Positions 36,844 through 45,800 of a stretch of 64,000 nt of DNA are shown here, piece after piece. The first letter of the stretch is position 1. Each line of letters opens with the position of its first letter. Under the pieces are notes generated by a model. It ran no database searches, had not been told where the DNA came from, and worked only from the letters and a program-made list of their open reading frames with translations. Made by a program: the position numbers and the translations under genes. Source of the DNA: Acidimicrobiales bacterium (GTDB lineage Bacteria > Actinomycetota > Acidimicrobiia > Acidimicrobiales > Palsa-688); assembly GCA_035551615.1 (NCBI GenBank), contig DASZNC010000059.1:13099-77098 (forward strand), in the 5' to 3' direction.

Positions 36844-39432
36844 TCAGCCGCCGCCGAAGCAGACGAAGCCGGCCGAGCTGGGCGAGGCGTAGGGTCCGCC
36901 CATCTGGCGGCGGGCCATGGCCAGCGCCGACGACGGCGGTACCCGGTCGGCCAGGGCCCGGTGGAGAGCGGTCATCAGCCCGACGGCCGAGCTGTCGGCG
37001 ACCGGGCTGACGCTGGCCAGGGCGGTACCGACGCCGGTCTGGGTCAGCACCTGGCCCAGACCGAGGCCGCTGCTGGTGTCGGCCATACCGGTGTCGCAGC
37101 ACGACAGGACGACGACCGCCGCCCGCTTCTCGGCGGTGGCCAGCTCGTAACCGGTCAGATGCCCGTCACTCAACCTGATCCCCGACAGCATCGGGTTGTC
37201 GCCGCGGTGGGTGCCGTGGGCGGCGACGTGGACCAGGTCGCTGTCGGTCAACTCGGCCAGCACCCGCTCTACGGTCGCCTCCCTACCCCGCAGCACGGTC
37301 ACATCCGGCCACAGCCGGCTGATCCGGTCGACCTCCTCGTCGGCATGCTGCAGGTCGGGCCCCGCCACCAGGAGCACCCGGGGACGGGCCGGCGGCCGCT
37401 GGCACTCGCGGTGGGCGTCCATCCAGGCCGTGGCCGACGAGGCGACGGTCACATCGGCGTCGACCAGGCCGGGCAGGAGAGCCCACGGCACCGAAGCCAG
37501 GGCCCCCTCCGGCACGATCACGTACCCGGACGCCGGCGGACGGTCGAACGCCGGCAACAGCAGGGCCCCGGCCGCCCGGGCCGCTGACCGCAGGGACCGG
37601 TCACCGGTACCGGACGAGATGGCCGCGCCGAGGGCCAGACGCAGGCCGGCCACCGCCCGGCGGGCCGCCGAGCGGTCGGCCATGTCGATGATTCGCCGGT
37701 CGTCACCGTCGGCCACGATGGCGAGCAGGCGGTCGCCGGTGACGGCGAAACTGACCAGTACCCGCCCGGCGAACGTCTCGGCGAAGGCGGCCCGGTCCAT
37801 GGGCCGCACCGCCAACCCCGTGTCGCCCGAATGGTGCCGGCTGTAGCGACGCACTATCTCCTCCACGGCGGCCTGCCGTTGGCGGAGCCGGGTGACCTGG
37901 GCCACGGTGCTGTCCTCCCGGTTGATCTCCTCGGTCACCCCCCTGAGCCGGTTCAGCAGCCGGGCGATCTCCGGGTCATCGGCCGGACGCATCTGGGCTC
38001 GGGTCGTCTGGCGGACCGCTTCGGTCCATCTGAGCGCGTCGTCGGGCCGGCCGGCGCGGGCGGCGATGCGCAGGCCGATCGACATCAGTTCATCGGCCCG
38101 ACCGCCGCCCCGGCTGCGCAGTTCCAACGAACCGAGGGTCGCCAGGAAGGCGCGCAGGGCGGCCAGGCCGTCGATGAGCGCCCGACGGGCGCCGGCCAGA
38201 TCACCCTCGGCCGACGACAGCTGGGCCTCGACCAGGTAGATCTGGAGGCGGCTCAGGGGCGTCTGCTCGCCGGCCGTCGCGGTCAGACGGTGGACCAGGT
38301 CATGGGCCCGGTCGTGCGCCGGCGATTCGATGAGCACGGCCGCCGCCCGGGTCTCGGCCTCGATGGCCGGGGCGAACCAACCGGCCCGTCTCAGATCGCC
38401 GGCCAGCTCTATGAGGGCGTCCGGCCGGTCGGCCGCCGTCACCCTCAACTCGGCCAGGCGGGCCAGCAGGCTCCAGCGGGGCCGGTGCTGCTGCTCGAAC
38501 CACTCCCCGGCCCGGGCCGCCCACCGGGCCGCCGCCCCCATGTCCCCGTCGAGCTCGCAGGACCGGGCCGCCAACAGAGCCGCCTCCGGCACGTCGGCGT
38601 CGAAGCCACCCTTCTGCAGCAGCTCGACCGCGGATTCCGACAGGGCCCGACCCTCGGCCACCAGACCGGCGTCGAGGGTCACCTGGACACGGTCGACGAG
38701 GGCCTGGGGGCGGAGCACACCCAAACGGCCGGCCCGGGCCTGGGCGGCGTCGAAGCGGGCCAGCGCCGTCGGCACGTCGCCGCGGAGGGCAGCTACGAAG
38801 CCCAGGTTGTGCTCCGCCTCCATGGCCCGGATGTCCTGACCCTCAGCGGCGAACACCTCCGCCGCCGCTTGCAGGTCGACCTCCGCCTGTTCGAAGTCGC
38901 CCCGGTAGGCCTGCACGATGCCGCGGTTCTGGCGGGCCACGCCGGCCTCGACGATCATCCCGGCCGCGGTGCAGGCGTCGGCCGCGGTGTTCCAGCAGTC
39001 GAGGGCGTCGATCTCGCGGCCGGATCGCTGGAGGGCCAGCCCTTTCTGTATGAGGGCGCGGGCCCGTTCCCGTTGGTTCAACCAGGGACCGGCCCGCTCG
39101 ATGAGCGCGATCGCCTCGTCGAACTGGCCGGCATCGATCCGCTCGAGGGCCAAGGCGACCGACGCCTCGGAGGCGCCGCGGGTGTCACCGGCCGATTCGA
39201 GCAGATCGACGGCGGCCCGCAGATCGGGCCCGGCTTCGCCCAGCCGGCCCAGCTGGCGGGCGGCCCGGCCCCGGGCCCAGGCCATCCGGCCGGCCAACCG
39301 GTCCTGGCCGGACCCCGGTTCGACCGTCGCCACCAGGTCGAGCGCCCGGCGGGGGTCGGATTCGGCCAGCCGGAGGGCTTCTTCGACCCGTGCCTCCTGG
39401 TCTCCGGTGACGCCGGAGCTGGTGTCCACCAA
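36844..39432 (-). CDS. TPR-repeat protein with C-terminal CHAT (caspase-like) protease domain
   Basis: About 550 aa of helical TPR-like repeats followed by a CHAT region with conserved His (LVHVAAHGTH) and Cys (VVVLSCCDTG) dyad. 862 aa. Confidence 0.85.
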   Translation of the reverse strand: MVDTSSGVTGDQEARVEEALRLAESDPRRALDLVATVEPGSGQDRLAGRMAWARGRAARQLGRLGEAGPDLRAAVDLLESAGDTRGASEASVALALERIDAGQFDEAIALIERAGPWLNQRERARALIQKGLALQRSGREIDALDCWNTAADACTAAGMIVEAGVARQNRGIVQAYRGDFEQAEVDLQAAAEVFAAEGQDIRAMEAEHNLGFVAALRGDVPTALARFDAAQARAGRLGVLRPQALVDRVQVTLDAGLVAEGRALSESAVELLQKGGFDADVPEAALLAARSCELDGDMGAAARWAARAGEWFEQQHRPRWSLLARLAELRVTAADRPDALIELAGDLRRAGWFAPAIEAETRAAAVLIESPAHDRAHDLVHRLTATAGEQTPLSRLQIYLVEAQLSSAEGDLAGARRALIDGLAALRAFLATLGSLELRSRGGGRADELMSIGLRIAARAGRPDDALRWTEAVRQTTRAQMRPADDPEIARLLNRLRGVTEEINREDSTVAQVTRLRQRQAAVEEIVRRYSRHHSGDTGLAVRPMDRAAFAETFAGRVLVSFAVTGDRLLAIVADGDDRRIIDMADRSAARRAVAGLRLALGAAISSGTGDRSLRSAARAAGALLLPAFDRPPASGYVIVPEGALASVPWALLPGLVDADVTVASSATAWMDAHRECQRPPARPRVLLVAGPDLQHADEEVDRISRLWPDVTVLRGREATVERVLAELTDSDLVHVAAHGTHRGDNPMLSGIRLSDGHLTGYELATAEKRAAVVVLSCCDTGMADTSSGLGLGQVLTQTGVGTALASVSPVADSSAVGLMTALHRALADRVPPSSALAMARRQMGGPYASPSSAGFVCFGGG

Positions 39433-39477
39433 CCCGGCTCTCGGATCAGCCCGGGCCGGAGATGCCGACCGGATCGG

Positions 39478-39948
39478 TCACACCGTCACCCACTCGGTCT
39501 GGAACCCGGGGACCTCCGGATCGGAGGGCACGGCCCGGATGCTGACGGCACCACGCGGCAGCTCCTCGAAGTAGAACTGCCCGAGTGCGTCGATCGGCCG
39601 GGTGACGTCGGCCCGTCCGGGGTGACGGAGGAGTACCGCCCCAGCGATCACCGGATCGAACCGGCCGGCGAGCCGGCGGCCGGCGTCGATGACGGTCAGC
39701 TCGGCGGTGCCGCTCGGCGCCCGGAAACGCAGCCGTCGCTCGGCCACGCCGGCGCGCACCCGGGCCAGATCGTCGTCGTCGACGGCCGAGTCGAACTCCA
39801 GGTCGGCGACGGCGGCCACCACACTCCGCCAGCCGAAAGCCGTCCGAGCCGCCGACGTGACGGCGGCCGGCACCGGCTCGGCCCGGCGCAGGACGGCGAC
39901 CGCCTCGGCCAGCAGGCTCTCCTCACCCGACCAGAAACTGTCGGTCAT
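39478..39948 (-). CDS. hypothetical soluble protein (157 aa), translationally coupled to ECF sigma factor; candidate sigma regulator
   Basis: Its ATG at 39946-39948 overlaps the sigma gene stop (ATGA). No TM segment or zinc anti-sigma motif was seen. Confidence 0.5.
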   Translation of the reverse strand: MTDSFWSGEESLLAEAVAVLRRAEPVPAAVTSAARTAFGWRSVVAAVADLEFDSAVDDDDLARVRAGVAERRLRFRAPSGTAELTVIDAGRRLAGRFDPVIAGAVLLRHPGRADVTRPIDALGQFYFEELPRGAVSIRAVPSDPEVPGFQTEWVTV

Positions 39949-40520
39949 TGCATCCTTTCGGTAACGGTGTCCTGCTGTTGTCCTTCTCGGAGCAGCCGTT
40001 CGAGTCTTTGGAGACAGCGTGATCGGGTGGGTCCGATGCTTCCCATCGGCACTCCCAGGTTCGAACTGAGGTCGGTGTACGACGCCGGCGGATCGGCGGA
40101 CAGCGCGATGAGCATGCGCCGGCAGCGATCGGGCAGAAGCGCTACCGCCATCTGGACGGCCAACTCCCGCTCGGTGGCGAGCACGGCCAGTTCCGGATCG
40201 TCCACCGCGTCGTCGGGCCGGTCGAGCCATTGCCAGGGATCGACGGGCACATGGCGCACCCCGAGTCGCGAGACCCGAATCGCCTCTCGCCGGGCGGTGG
40301 TGGCCAGCCAGGCCCCCACCCTCGAGGTGTCGTTCAACTGGTCGAGATGCTCGGCCAGGCGCATCCAGGTCGTCTGGCTGACGTCGGCGGCGTCGGCGTC
40401 GTCGAGGCCCACGGAGCGGGCCACCGACCACACCAGACCGGAGAACCGGTCGACCAGGAGTGACCACGCATGTTCGTCGTCGGCCGCCGCCCGGGTGACC
40501 AGCTCATCTACTTGGTCCAC
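39945..40520 (-). CDS. ECF-type RNA polymerase sigma factor
   Basis: Region 2 (FSGLVWSVARSVGLDDADAADVSQTTWMRL) and region 4 (LPDRCRRMLIALSADPPASYTDLSSNLGVPMGSIGPTRSRCLQRL). Confidence 0.85.
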   Translation of the reverse strand: MDQVDELVTRAAADDEHAWSLLVDRFSGLVWSVARSVGLDDADAADVSQTTWMRLAEHLDQLNDTSRVGAWLATTARREAIRVSRLGVRHVPVDPWQWLDRPDDAVDDPELAVLATERELAVQMAVALLPDRCRRMLIALSADPPASYTDLSSNLGVPMGSIGPTRSRCLQRLERLLREGQQQDTVTERMQ

Positions 40521-40593
40521 GCCCAGGAGATCCTAACCAGTCGGCTTCGGCAACGTCCGATCCGCGGCTATCGGGGGGCCCGGTCAGGCCGGC

Positions 40594-40635
40594 GGCATCA
40601 GCCACCACCCCATACCGGCATCAGCCACCACCCCA
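40594..40635. repeat. 19-bp direct repeat GGCATCAGCCACCACCCCA x2 (4-nt spacer) upstream of ECF sigma gene
   Basis: Read directly in the sequence, 74-115 nt upstream of the sigma start codon at 40520. Confidence 0.45.
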
Positions 40636-40796
40636 GATGGGAGCACCGCCGGCCACCCATACCGCGGCCAGGCTGGCCAGGACCATGCCGGCGTGGACCG
40701 CCCGGTTCATCATCACTCGACGCATCAGCGTCCTCCTCTCGGGGGCCGGGACGAGTTCCCTGCCCTCCGTCCAAAGAGAGTCCGATGCCTCCCGAA

Positions 40797-40870
40797 TTGA
40801 TACACCTGAAATTTTTCCTTTGACATGTATCAAACGGGGATCCGGGCGCCTCTTATGTGAGCGAGTCACA
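40797..40870. promoter_or_regulatory. two inverted repeats (TTGATACA-N21-TGTATCAA and TGTGA-N5-TCACA) in an AT-richer stretch upstream of the DUF5317 gene
   Basis: Read directly. The first spacer contains a TTTGACA -35-like hexamer. The GAGGAG RBS follows at 40880-40885. Confidence 0.35.
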
Positions 40871-40890
40871 GAAGTATGTGAGGAGTGCCA

Positions 40891-41499
40891 ATGCTCATAT
40901 TGCTCGTCGCGGTCGCAGCCGGTGTCCTGATCGGACTGGCTACCGGCGGCCGCCTGAGCGGCCTTGGTGACTTCCGCCTGCGCATGTGGCCCCTCCTCCT
41001 CGGAGCGGTGGCCGTGGAGTTGGTCGTCGGGGACCTACCGTCGGGTCCCCGCTGGGTTCTGGGGCTCGCCGCCTGCGTCGTCGCCGGAATCTGGTGCATG
41101 GTCAACCGACCCGTCGGGCGGCGGGTGGCGGGCCCCGAGCTCATCGGCGTCGGTGCCGCCCTCAATGCGGTCGTCATGGCCGCCGACTCGGGCATGCCGG
41201 TATCCCGATCGGCACTGGTTCAGGCCCATCTGGGTGGCATCCCGGATGTGACACGGGGCCACCTCTACAAGCACGTGGCCATGACCGGTCACACCGCCCT
41301 GCGGCCGCTGGGTGACGTCATCCCGGTGAGCCCGCTGCGCACGGTCGTCTCTGTGGGCGATGTCCTGATGCTCGCCGGCATCGTCGTCACCGTGGCCGTG
41401 GCCACCAGAACCCACCGGTCGGAGCCGAACGCCCCGGCCGGCACCGAGCCCGCCGATCGCCAACTCCTGCCCCGGCAGGAGCTCGCCAAAGGAACATGA
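40891..41499 (+). CDS. DUF5317-like integral membrane protein
   Basis: About 6 TM helices and a strong RBS. This family commonly neighbours c-di-GMP enzymes. Confidence 0.6.
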   Translation: MLILLVAVAAGVLIGLATGGRLSGLGDFRLRMWPLLLGAVAVELVVGDLPSGPRWVLGLAACVVAGIWCMVNRPVGRRVAGPELIGVGAALNAVVMAADSGMPVSRSALVQAHLGGIPDVTRGHLYKHVAMTGHTALRPLGDVIPVSPLRTVVSVGDVLMLAGIVVTVAVATRTHRSEPNAPAGTEPADRQLLPRQELAKGT

Positions 41500-41507
41500 C
41501 CAGAAGA

Positions 41508-41684
41508 TGGAATCCGGGCGCCCCGACGCCAACCCCTCACTCGAAGAGGTTCGCCGAGACCTGGACGCGCTGGCCGAGCGCCGTCTCAACGGACCCTGGA
41601 CGGAACGGGAGCTCCAACGATGGCACGAGTTGATCGCCATCGAAGAGGAACTGCTCGGACCGGACGAGCACCGGCGCCCTTGAG
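41508..41684 (+). CDS. small hypothetical protein (~58 aa, charged helical)
   Basis: An unlisted short ORF translated by eye (MESGRPDANPSLEEVRRDLDALAERRLNGPWTERELQRWHELIAIEEELLGPDEHRRP), coding-like, between the DUF5317 and EAL genes. Coordinates are approximate. Confidence 0.3.
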
Positions 41685-41724
41685 CCGTCCGCTCGAGGGC
41701 CGGTAGGGACGACTGAGAGAGTCG

Positions 41725-43020
41725 ATGGAGACTGGGGAATCTGGACCGAGACGATCAGCGGCGCCGGTGGCCGTGCTGGGTGAGGTCACCGACCCGCTGC
41801 AGGTGCTGCGCCGGATCGTGGACCAGGCCATGGTGCTGGTCTCCGGCGCCGAGGGCGCCGTCGTCGAGGTGCTGATCGACGACCAGCTGGATTATGTGTG
41901 CACCGCCGGCACCCTGGCGCCCTATGCCGGGCTGCGCCTGGCCGTGACCGGCAGCCTGTCCGGGATGGCGCTCAACACCGGGGAGATCCTCCGCTGCGAC
42001 GACTGCGAGTCCGACGGGCGCGTCGACCGGATCGCCTGCCGGGAGGTCGGCGCCGTGTCGATGCTGTGCGTGCCGCTGCGCAAGCCGCCGCACGACGTCG
42101 GCGTCCTGAAGGTCACCTCGACGCAGAAGTCGGCGTTCACCGAGCGGGACATGCGGGTCCTCAGCCAGCTCTCCGAGTTCATAACCAGTGCTGTCGCGGT
42201 GGCCGCCGATGCCTCACGGGTGCTCGGCGGCGACCACGAGTCGGACTCCCTCTCCGCCTTCGTCGCCAACGTCATAGAGCCCGGCCGCCACATCGAGCAC
42301 AACAGCCGGCGCCGGATCGAACAGGTCCTGGCCGATCGTCGCTACGAGAGCCTGTACCAACCGATCATCGACCTGACCACCAACCGGCTGTTCGGGGTCG
42401 AGGCCCTGACCCGCTTCGCCGACGTGCCCTACCGATCACCCGACCTCTGGTTCGCCGAGGCCGAAGCGGCCGGCCTCGGACTGGTGCTGGAGCTGGCTGC
42501 GGTGGAATCGGCCGTCCGTCTCCTACCGGCGCTGCCGGCCGGCATCCGCCTCAGCGTCAACGTCGGCCCCCGGACCATCGTCTCGGCCGAACTGGAGGCC
42601 ATGATCGAAGAGGCCGGACCGGACCGCATCGTCGTGGAGTTGACCGAGCACCTGCGGGTCGAGGACTACCCCGGGCTGAACCGGAACCTGCAGTCGTTAC
42701 GGGAGCGCCAGACCCTCCTGGCCATCGACGACACCGGCGCCGGGATCTCGAGCCTGACGCACATCCTGAAGCTGGCTCCCGACATCATCAAGCTGGACCG
42801 CGAGATCACGAGCGGCATCGACATCGACCCGGTGCGCCGGGCGCTGGCCGCCGCCCTCGGCACGTTCGCAGCCGAGTCGGGCAGCATCGTCGTCGCCGAG
42901 GGCATCGAGTCCGAGGCGGAACTGGCCGTCCTGCAGGACATGGGCGTCAGGTACGGGCAGGGCTTCCATCTGGGACGCCCGACCCGGGCGGCGGACGTCC
43001 TGACCCGGGCTCGGCGTTGA
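41725..43020 (+). CDS. GAF-EAL domain c-di-GMP phosphodiesterase
   Basis: N-terminal GAF domain. EAL motifs are intact: GVEALTRF, AIDDTGAGISSL, IKLDREIT, VVAEGIESEAE...GQGFHLGRP. Confidence 0.85.
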   Translation: METGESGPRRSAAPVAVLGEVTDPLQVLRRIVDQAMVLVSGAEGAVVEVLIDDQLDYVCTAGTLAPYAGLRLAVTGSLSGMALNTGEILRCDDCESDGRVDRIACREVGAVSMLCVPLRKPPHDVGVLKVTSTQKSAFTERDMRVLSQLSEFITSAVAVAADASRVLGGDHESDSLSAFVANVIEPGRHIEHNSRRRIEQVLADRRYESLYQPIIDLTTNRLFGVEALTRFADVPYRSPDLWFAEAEAAGLGLVLELAAVESAVRLLPALPAGIRLSVNVGPRTIVSAELEAMIEEAGPDRIVVELTEHLRVEDYPGLNRNLQSLRERQTLLAIDDTGAGISSLTHILKLAPDIIKLDREITSGIDIDPVRRALAAALGTFAAESGSIVVAEGIESEAELAVLQDMGVRYGQGFHLGRPTRAADVLTRARR

Positions 43021-44038
43021 CCTCGGCCACCAGGTCGATCAACCGGGCCAGACTGTCGAGCCGGCGCGCCGAACGACCCTCCAGGCCGGCGCGCAGGGTG
43101 TGTATGCCGGCCGCCCGGTAGGCGCGCAACCGATCCTTCACCATCTGGTCGGTGCCGATCAGGTTGGTGCCGAGACCGATGGCCAGCGGCACCCGCCGGC
43201 GGGCTGCGTCGCGGTCCCCGGCCCGCCAGAGGCGCTCGACCTCGCCCACGTCGTCCCCGAAGCCCTGGCGGGTGAAGGCGTCCTTGTAGAAGTTCCGGGT
43301 CGGCGATCCCATCGCCCCGAAAGTGAAGGCGTACCCGTCGGCATGGCGCCGGGCGGCCCGCTCGACGTCGTCGGTGAACTCGACGCCGACGGCGACGGTC
43401 AGCTCGATCCGGTCCGGGTCCCGCCCGGCTGCCAGGGCGCCCTGGCGAATCGGGTCGGTGAAGACCGACGCCGTCTCGGGGAGGAACGAATTGCCGATCC
43501 AACCGTCACCCAGCTCCCCGGTGAGCCGGAGGTTGGCCGGCCCGAGGGAGGCGACGAACACCGGGACCGGCATCGGCGGGACCGGGCTGCGGATGGCCCG
43601 GCCTTCCCCGCCCGGGCGGGGCAGCTGGTAGATACGGCCCCGGTGCTCCAGCCGTTCGCCGGCCGTGATCTGCCGGACGATCTCGATCGTCTCGCGGGTC
43701 CGGGCCAGCGGATGGTCGAAATCGATACCGTGCCACCCTTCCATGACCTGGGGCCCGCTGGTGCCGATGCCCAGCACGAACCGGCCCCCGGACAGCACCT
43801 GCATGGACTGGGCGGACATGGCCAGCAGGGCCGGGGTGCGGGCGCCGAGCTGGGCGATGGCCGTGGCCAGCCGGATCGTCGAGGTGGTGGCAGCCAGGTA
43901 GGCGAGCGGCGTCAGCGCGTCGAACGCCCAGAACTCGGGAACCCATACCGAGTCGGCACCCAACCGCTCCGCTTCCTGCACGAACGACGCCCCGTCGGGG
44001 CCGTCGAGGGTGGCGGTGATCCCGACCCTGAGGGTCAC
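42947..44038 (-). CDS. LLM-class F420-dependent oxidoreductase
   Basis: VTLRVGITATLDG start (GTG about 44038), FVLGIGTSGPQVMEGWHG and FVASLGPANLRLTGELGDGWIG motifs. Its 3' end converges on and overlaps the EAL gene. Confidence 0.8.
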   Translation of the reverse strand: MTLRVGITATLDGPDGASFVQEAERLGADSVWVPEFWAFDALTPLAYLAATTSTIRLATAIAQLGARTPALLAMSAQSMQVLSGGRFVLGIGTSGPQVMEGWHGIDFDHPLARTRETIEIVRQITAGERLEHRGRIYQLPRPGGEGRAIRSPVPPMPVPVFVASLGPANLRLTGELGDGWIGNSFLPETASVFTDPIRQGALAAGRDPDRIELTVAVGVEFTDDVERAARRHADGYAFTFGAMGSPTRNFYKDAFTRQGFGDDVGEVERLWRAGDRDAARRRVPLAIGLGTNLIGTDQMVKDRLRAYRAAGIHTLRAGLEGRSARRLDSLARLIDLVAEVNAEPGSGRPPPGSGVPDGSPART

Positions 44039-44547
44039 CGGCGGGACTCGACCCGGTCCCGGATGCCCGCCAGCGTCCTGGTCATGCTCGCCTCGTGCTG
44101 GCGGAGGCGCACGAAGACGATCTTCTGCTCCTTGTCGGGCATGGCCTCGATGGCAATGCTCAGACCGGACCAGCCGGGGCCGACCTGCACCCACTGGGTG
44201 AGCCGGGTGCCACCGGCGTCGGGGGTGAGGGTGAAGCGCCACACCGCGGCCGGTTCGGACGGGTCGCCCACCGCCCAGGCGAAGCGGCGCCCCGCTTCGC
44301 ACTCGACGATGGTCGAGACGGTGGTCCACTCCCCCATCGGCTCGTTGGCGTTGTGTCCCTCGAAGCGGCGGCCCACTGCGGCCGATTCGGCGCCGTCCAG
44401 CCAGACGACCGATTGGAGCTCGTCACTCCACTCGGGCATGGCCAGCGGGTCGGAGACCACCGGCCACACCTCGTCCGGCGGCGCGGCGATGACCGTGCCG
44501 ACCTCCACGGTCGGGCGGTCGGCGTAACGGGCCCCGGTCCATTCCAC
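44035..44547 (-). CDS. SRPBCC family protein (polyketide cyclase/START-like)
   Basis: 170-aa Bet v1-like pattern. Its stop overlaps the GTG start of the downstream LLM (GTGA). Confidence 0.7.
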   Translation of the reverse strand: MEWTGARYADRPTVEVGTVIAAPPDEVWPVVSDPLAMPEWSDELQSVVWLDGAESAAVGRRFEGHNANEPMGEWTTVSTIVECEAGRRFAWAVGDPSEPAAVWRFTLTPDAGGTRLTQWVQVGPGWSGLSIAIEAMPDKEQKIVFVRLRQHEASMTRTLAGIRDRVESRR

Positions 44548-44557
44548 CGGCCCGGCC

Positions 44558-45751
44558 TTACGCCGGCCGGCGGGTGGCGAGGAAAAGTCCGTTGTCGCGC
44601 ATCACCAACCGGCTCTCGTCCTCCGGGTAGTTGAAGTTGCGCAGGTCCTTGATGTAGGAGGACGGGTCGGCCAAACCCTCGGCGTGGGGGTAATCGGAGC
44701 CCATGATGATGTGCTCGGCGCCCAGCAGCTCGCGGAGACGGCCCAACTCGTCCTCGTAGAACGGCGAGATCCACACGTGCCGCTTGAACGTCTCGCGCGG
44801 GTCCTCCTGGTAGGCGTGGGGCGTCTGGCCGAAGGACTTGGTGAGCTTCTCGAACAGATGGAACACCCAGTCCGACCCGGTCTCGATGGAGGCCACCCGG
44901 AGGTTCGGGAAGCGGTGGAACAGGCCGTGGGCGAGCAGGTTGGCGATCGTGTCCTGGATGGCGTTGTACGAGGTCAGGCTCCCGAACGGGTTCTGGCGGA
45001 ACGATTCGGTGCCGCCCCTCTCGCCCCAGTCGACCAGGTAGTGCGAGTAGCGACTGTCGCCACCGTGGTAGCAGACGGTGACGCCGGACTCGTTGGCCAG
45101 CGCCCAGAACCGGTCGTACTGCGGATCGGCCGGCGAGTGGCCGACCCCGTTGACGACGATCGGACCACCGACCATCACGATGAAGCGGGCATCGTGATCG
45201 AGCGCCCACTGCAACTCGGTGACGGCCTGGTCGGGATCGATCAGCGTCATGTACGGCGCGGCGAAGATGCGGTCCTGGTAGGCGAAGCCCCAGTCCTCCT
45301 CCATCCAGCGGTTGAACGCCCGGAAGGCGGCCAGCAGGGCGGGCGGGTCGCCGAGCAGGGCCTGCTCCATGCCGACCCCGAGGGTCGGGAGGAAGATGGC
45401 CCCTTCCATGCCCTGGCTGTCCATCAGGGCCAGGCGGGCGTCACGGTTCTGGTACTCGGGCCGGTCGGCCAGCCGGTCGAGCTCGCCGAACAGCTCGGGG
45501 GTGTCGGCGCCCCGAGGGTTGCGGCCCCGGAAGTACTCGTCCAAGGCGCCCGGCTTGGAGACCGGGTCCCAGGTCGGGTTGGGGATGAACCGGTTGAGCT
45601 TGCCGCCCACGAGCAGCCGCTCCCTGCCGTCCATCTGGACCCACTGCATGCCCCGCTTGCGGAACGCCGGGTCGAGGTGGCGCGTGAAGGCGTCCTTGGC
45701 CTCGTAGAAGTGGTTGTCGCAGTCGAAGTAACGGAAATCGAGATCGGCCAT
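44558..45751 (-). CDS. amidohydrolase-2 (ACMSD-like metal-dependent TIM-barrel hydrolase) family protein
   Basis: DCDNHFYE (the His-x-His metal site is replaced by a DxH variant), GGDSRYSHYL ... SDYPHAEG motifs. ATG at 45749-45751. Confidence 0.8.
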   Translation of the reverse strand: MADLDFRYFDCDNHFYEAKDAFTRHLDPAFRKRGMQWVQMDGRERLLVGGKLNRFIPNPTWDPVSKPGALDEYFRGRNPRGADTPELFGELDRLADRPEYQNRDARLALMDSQGMEGAIFLPTLGVGMEQALLGDPPALLAAFRAFNRWMEEDWGFAYQDRIFAAPYMTLIDPDQAVTELQWALDHDARFIVMVGGPIVVNGVGHSPADPQYDRFWALANESGVTVCYHGGDSRYSHYLVDWGERGGTESFRQNPFGSLTSYNAIQDTIANLLAHGLFHRFPNLRVASIETGSDWVFHLFEKLTKSFGQTPHAYQEDPRETFKRHVWISPFYEDELGRLRELLGAEHIIMGSDYPHAEGLADPSSYIKDLRNFNYPEDESRLVMRDNGLFLATRRPA

Positions 45752-45800
45752 GACACATTCTACGATCGGGCGCCGGCCCGGGGCGGTTCGGGGAGGGGCG

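Noticed and set aside
40621-40869. 82-aa minus-strand ORF upstream of the ECF sigma gene, with one TM-like segment
   Set aside because: It overlaps the promoter region and direct repeats and has an Arg-rich low-complexity N-terminus. It was kept only as a caveat in the repeat finding.
43100-44527. 475-aa plus-strand ORF
   Set aside because: It is antisense to the LLM oxidoreductase and SRPBCC genes.
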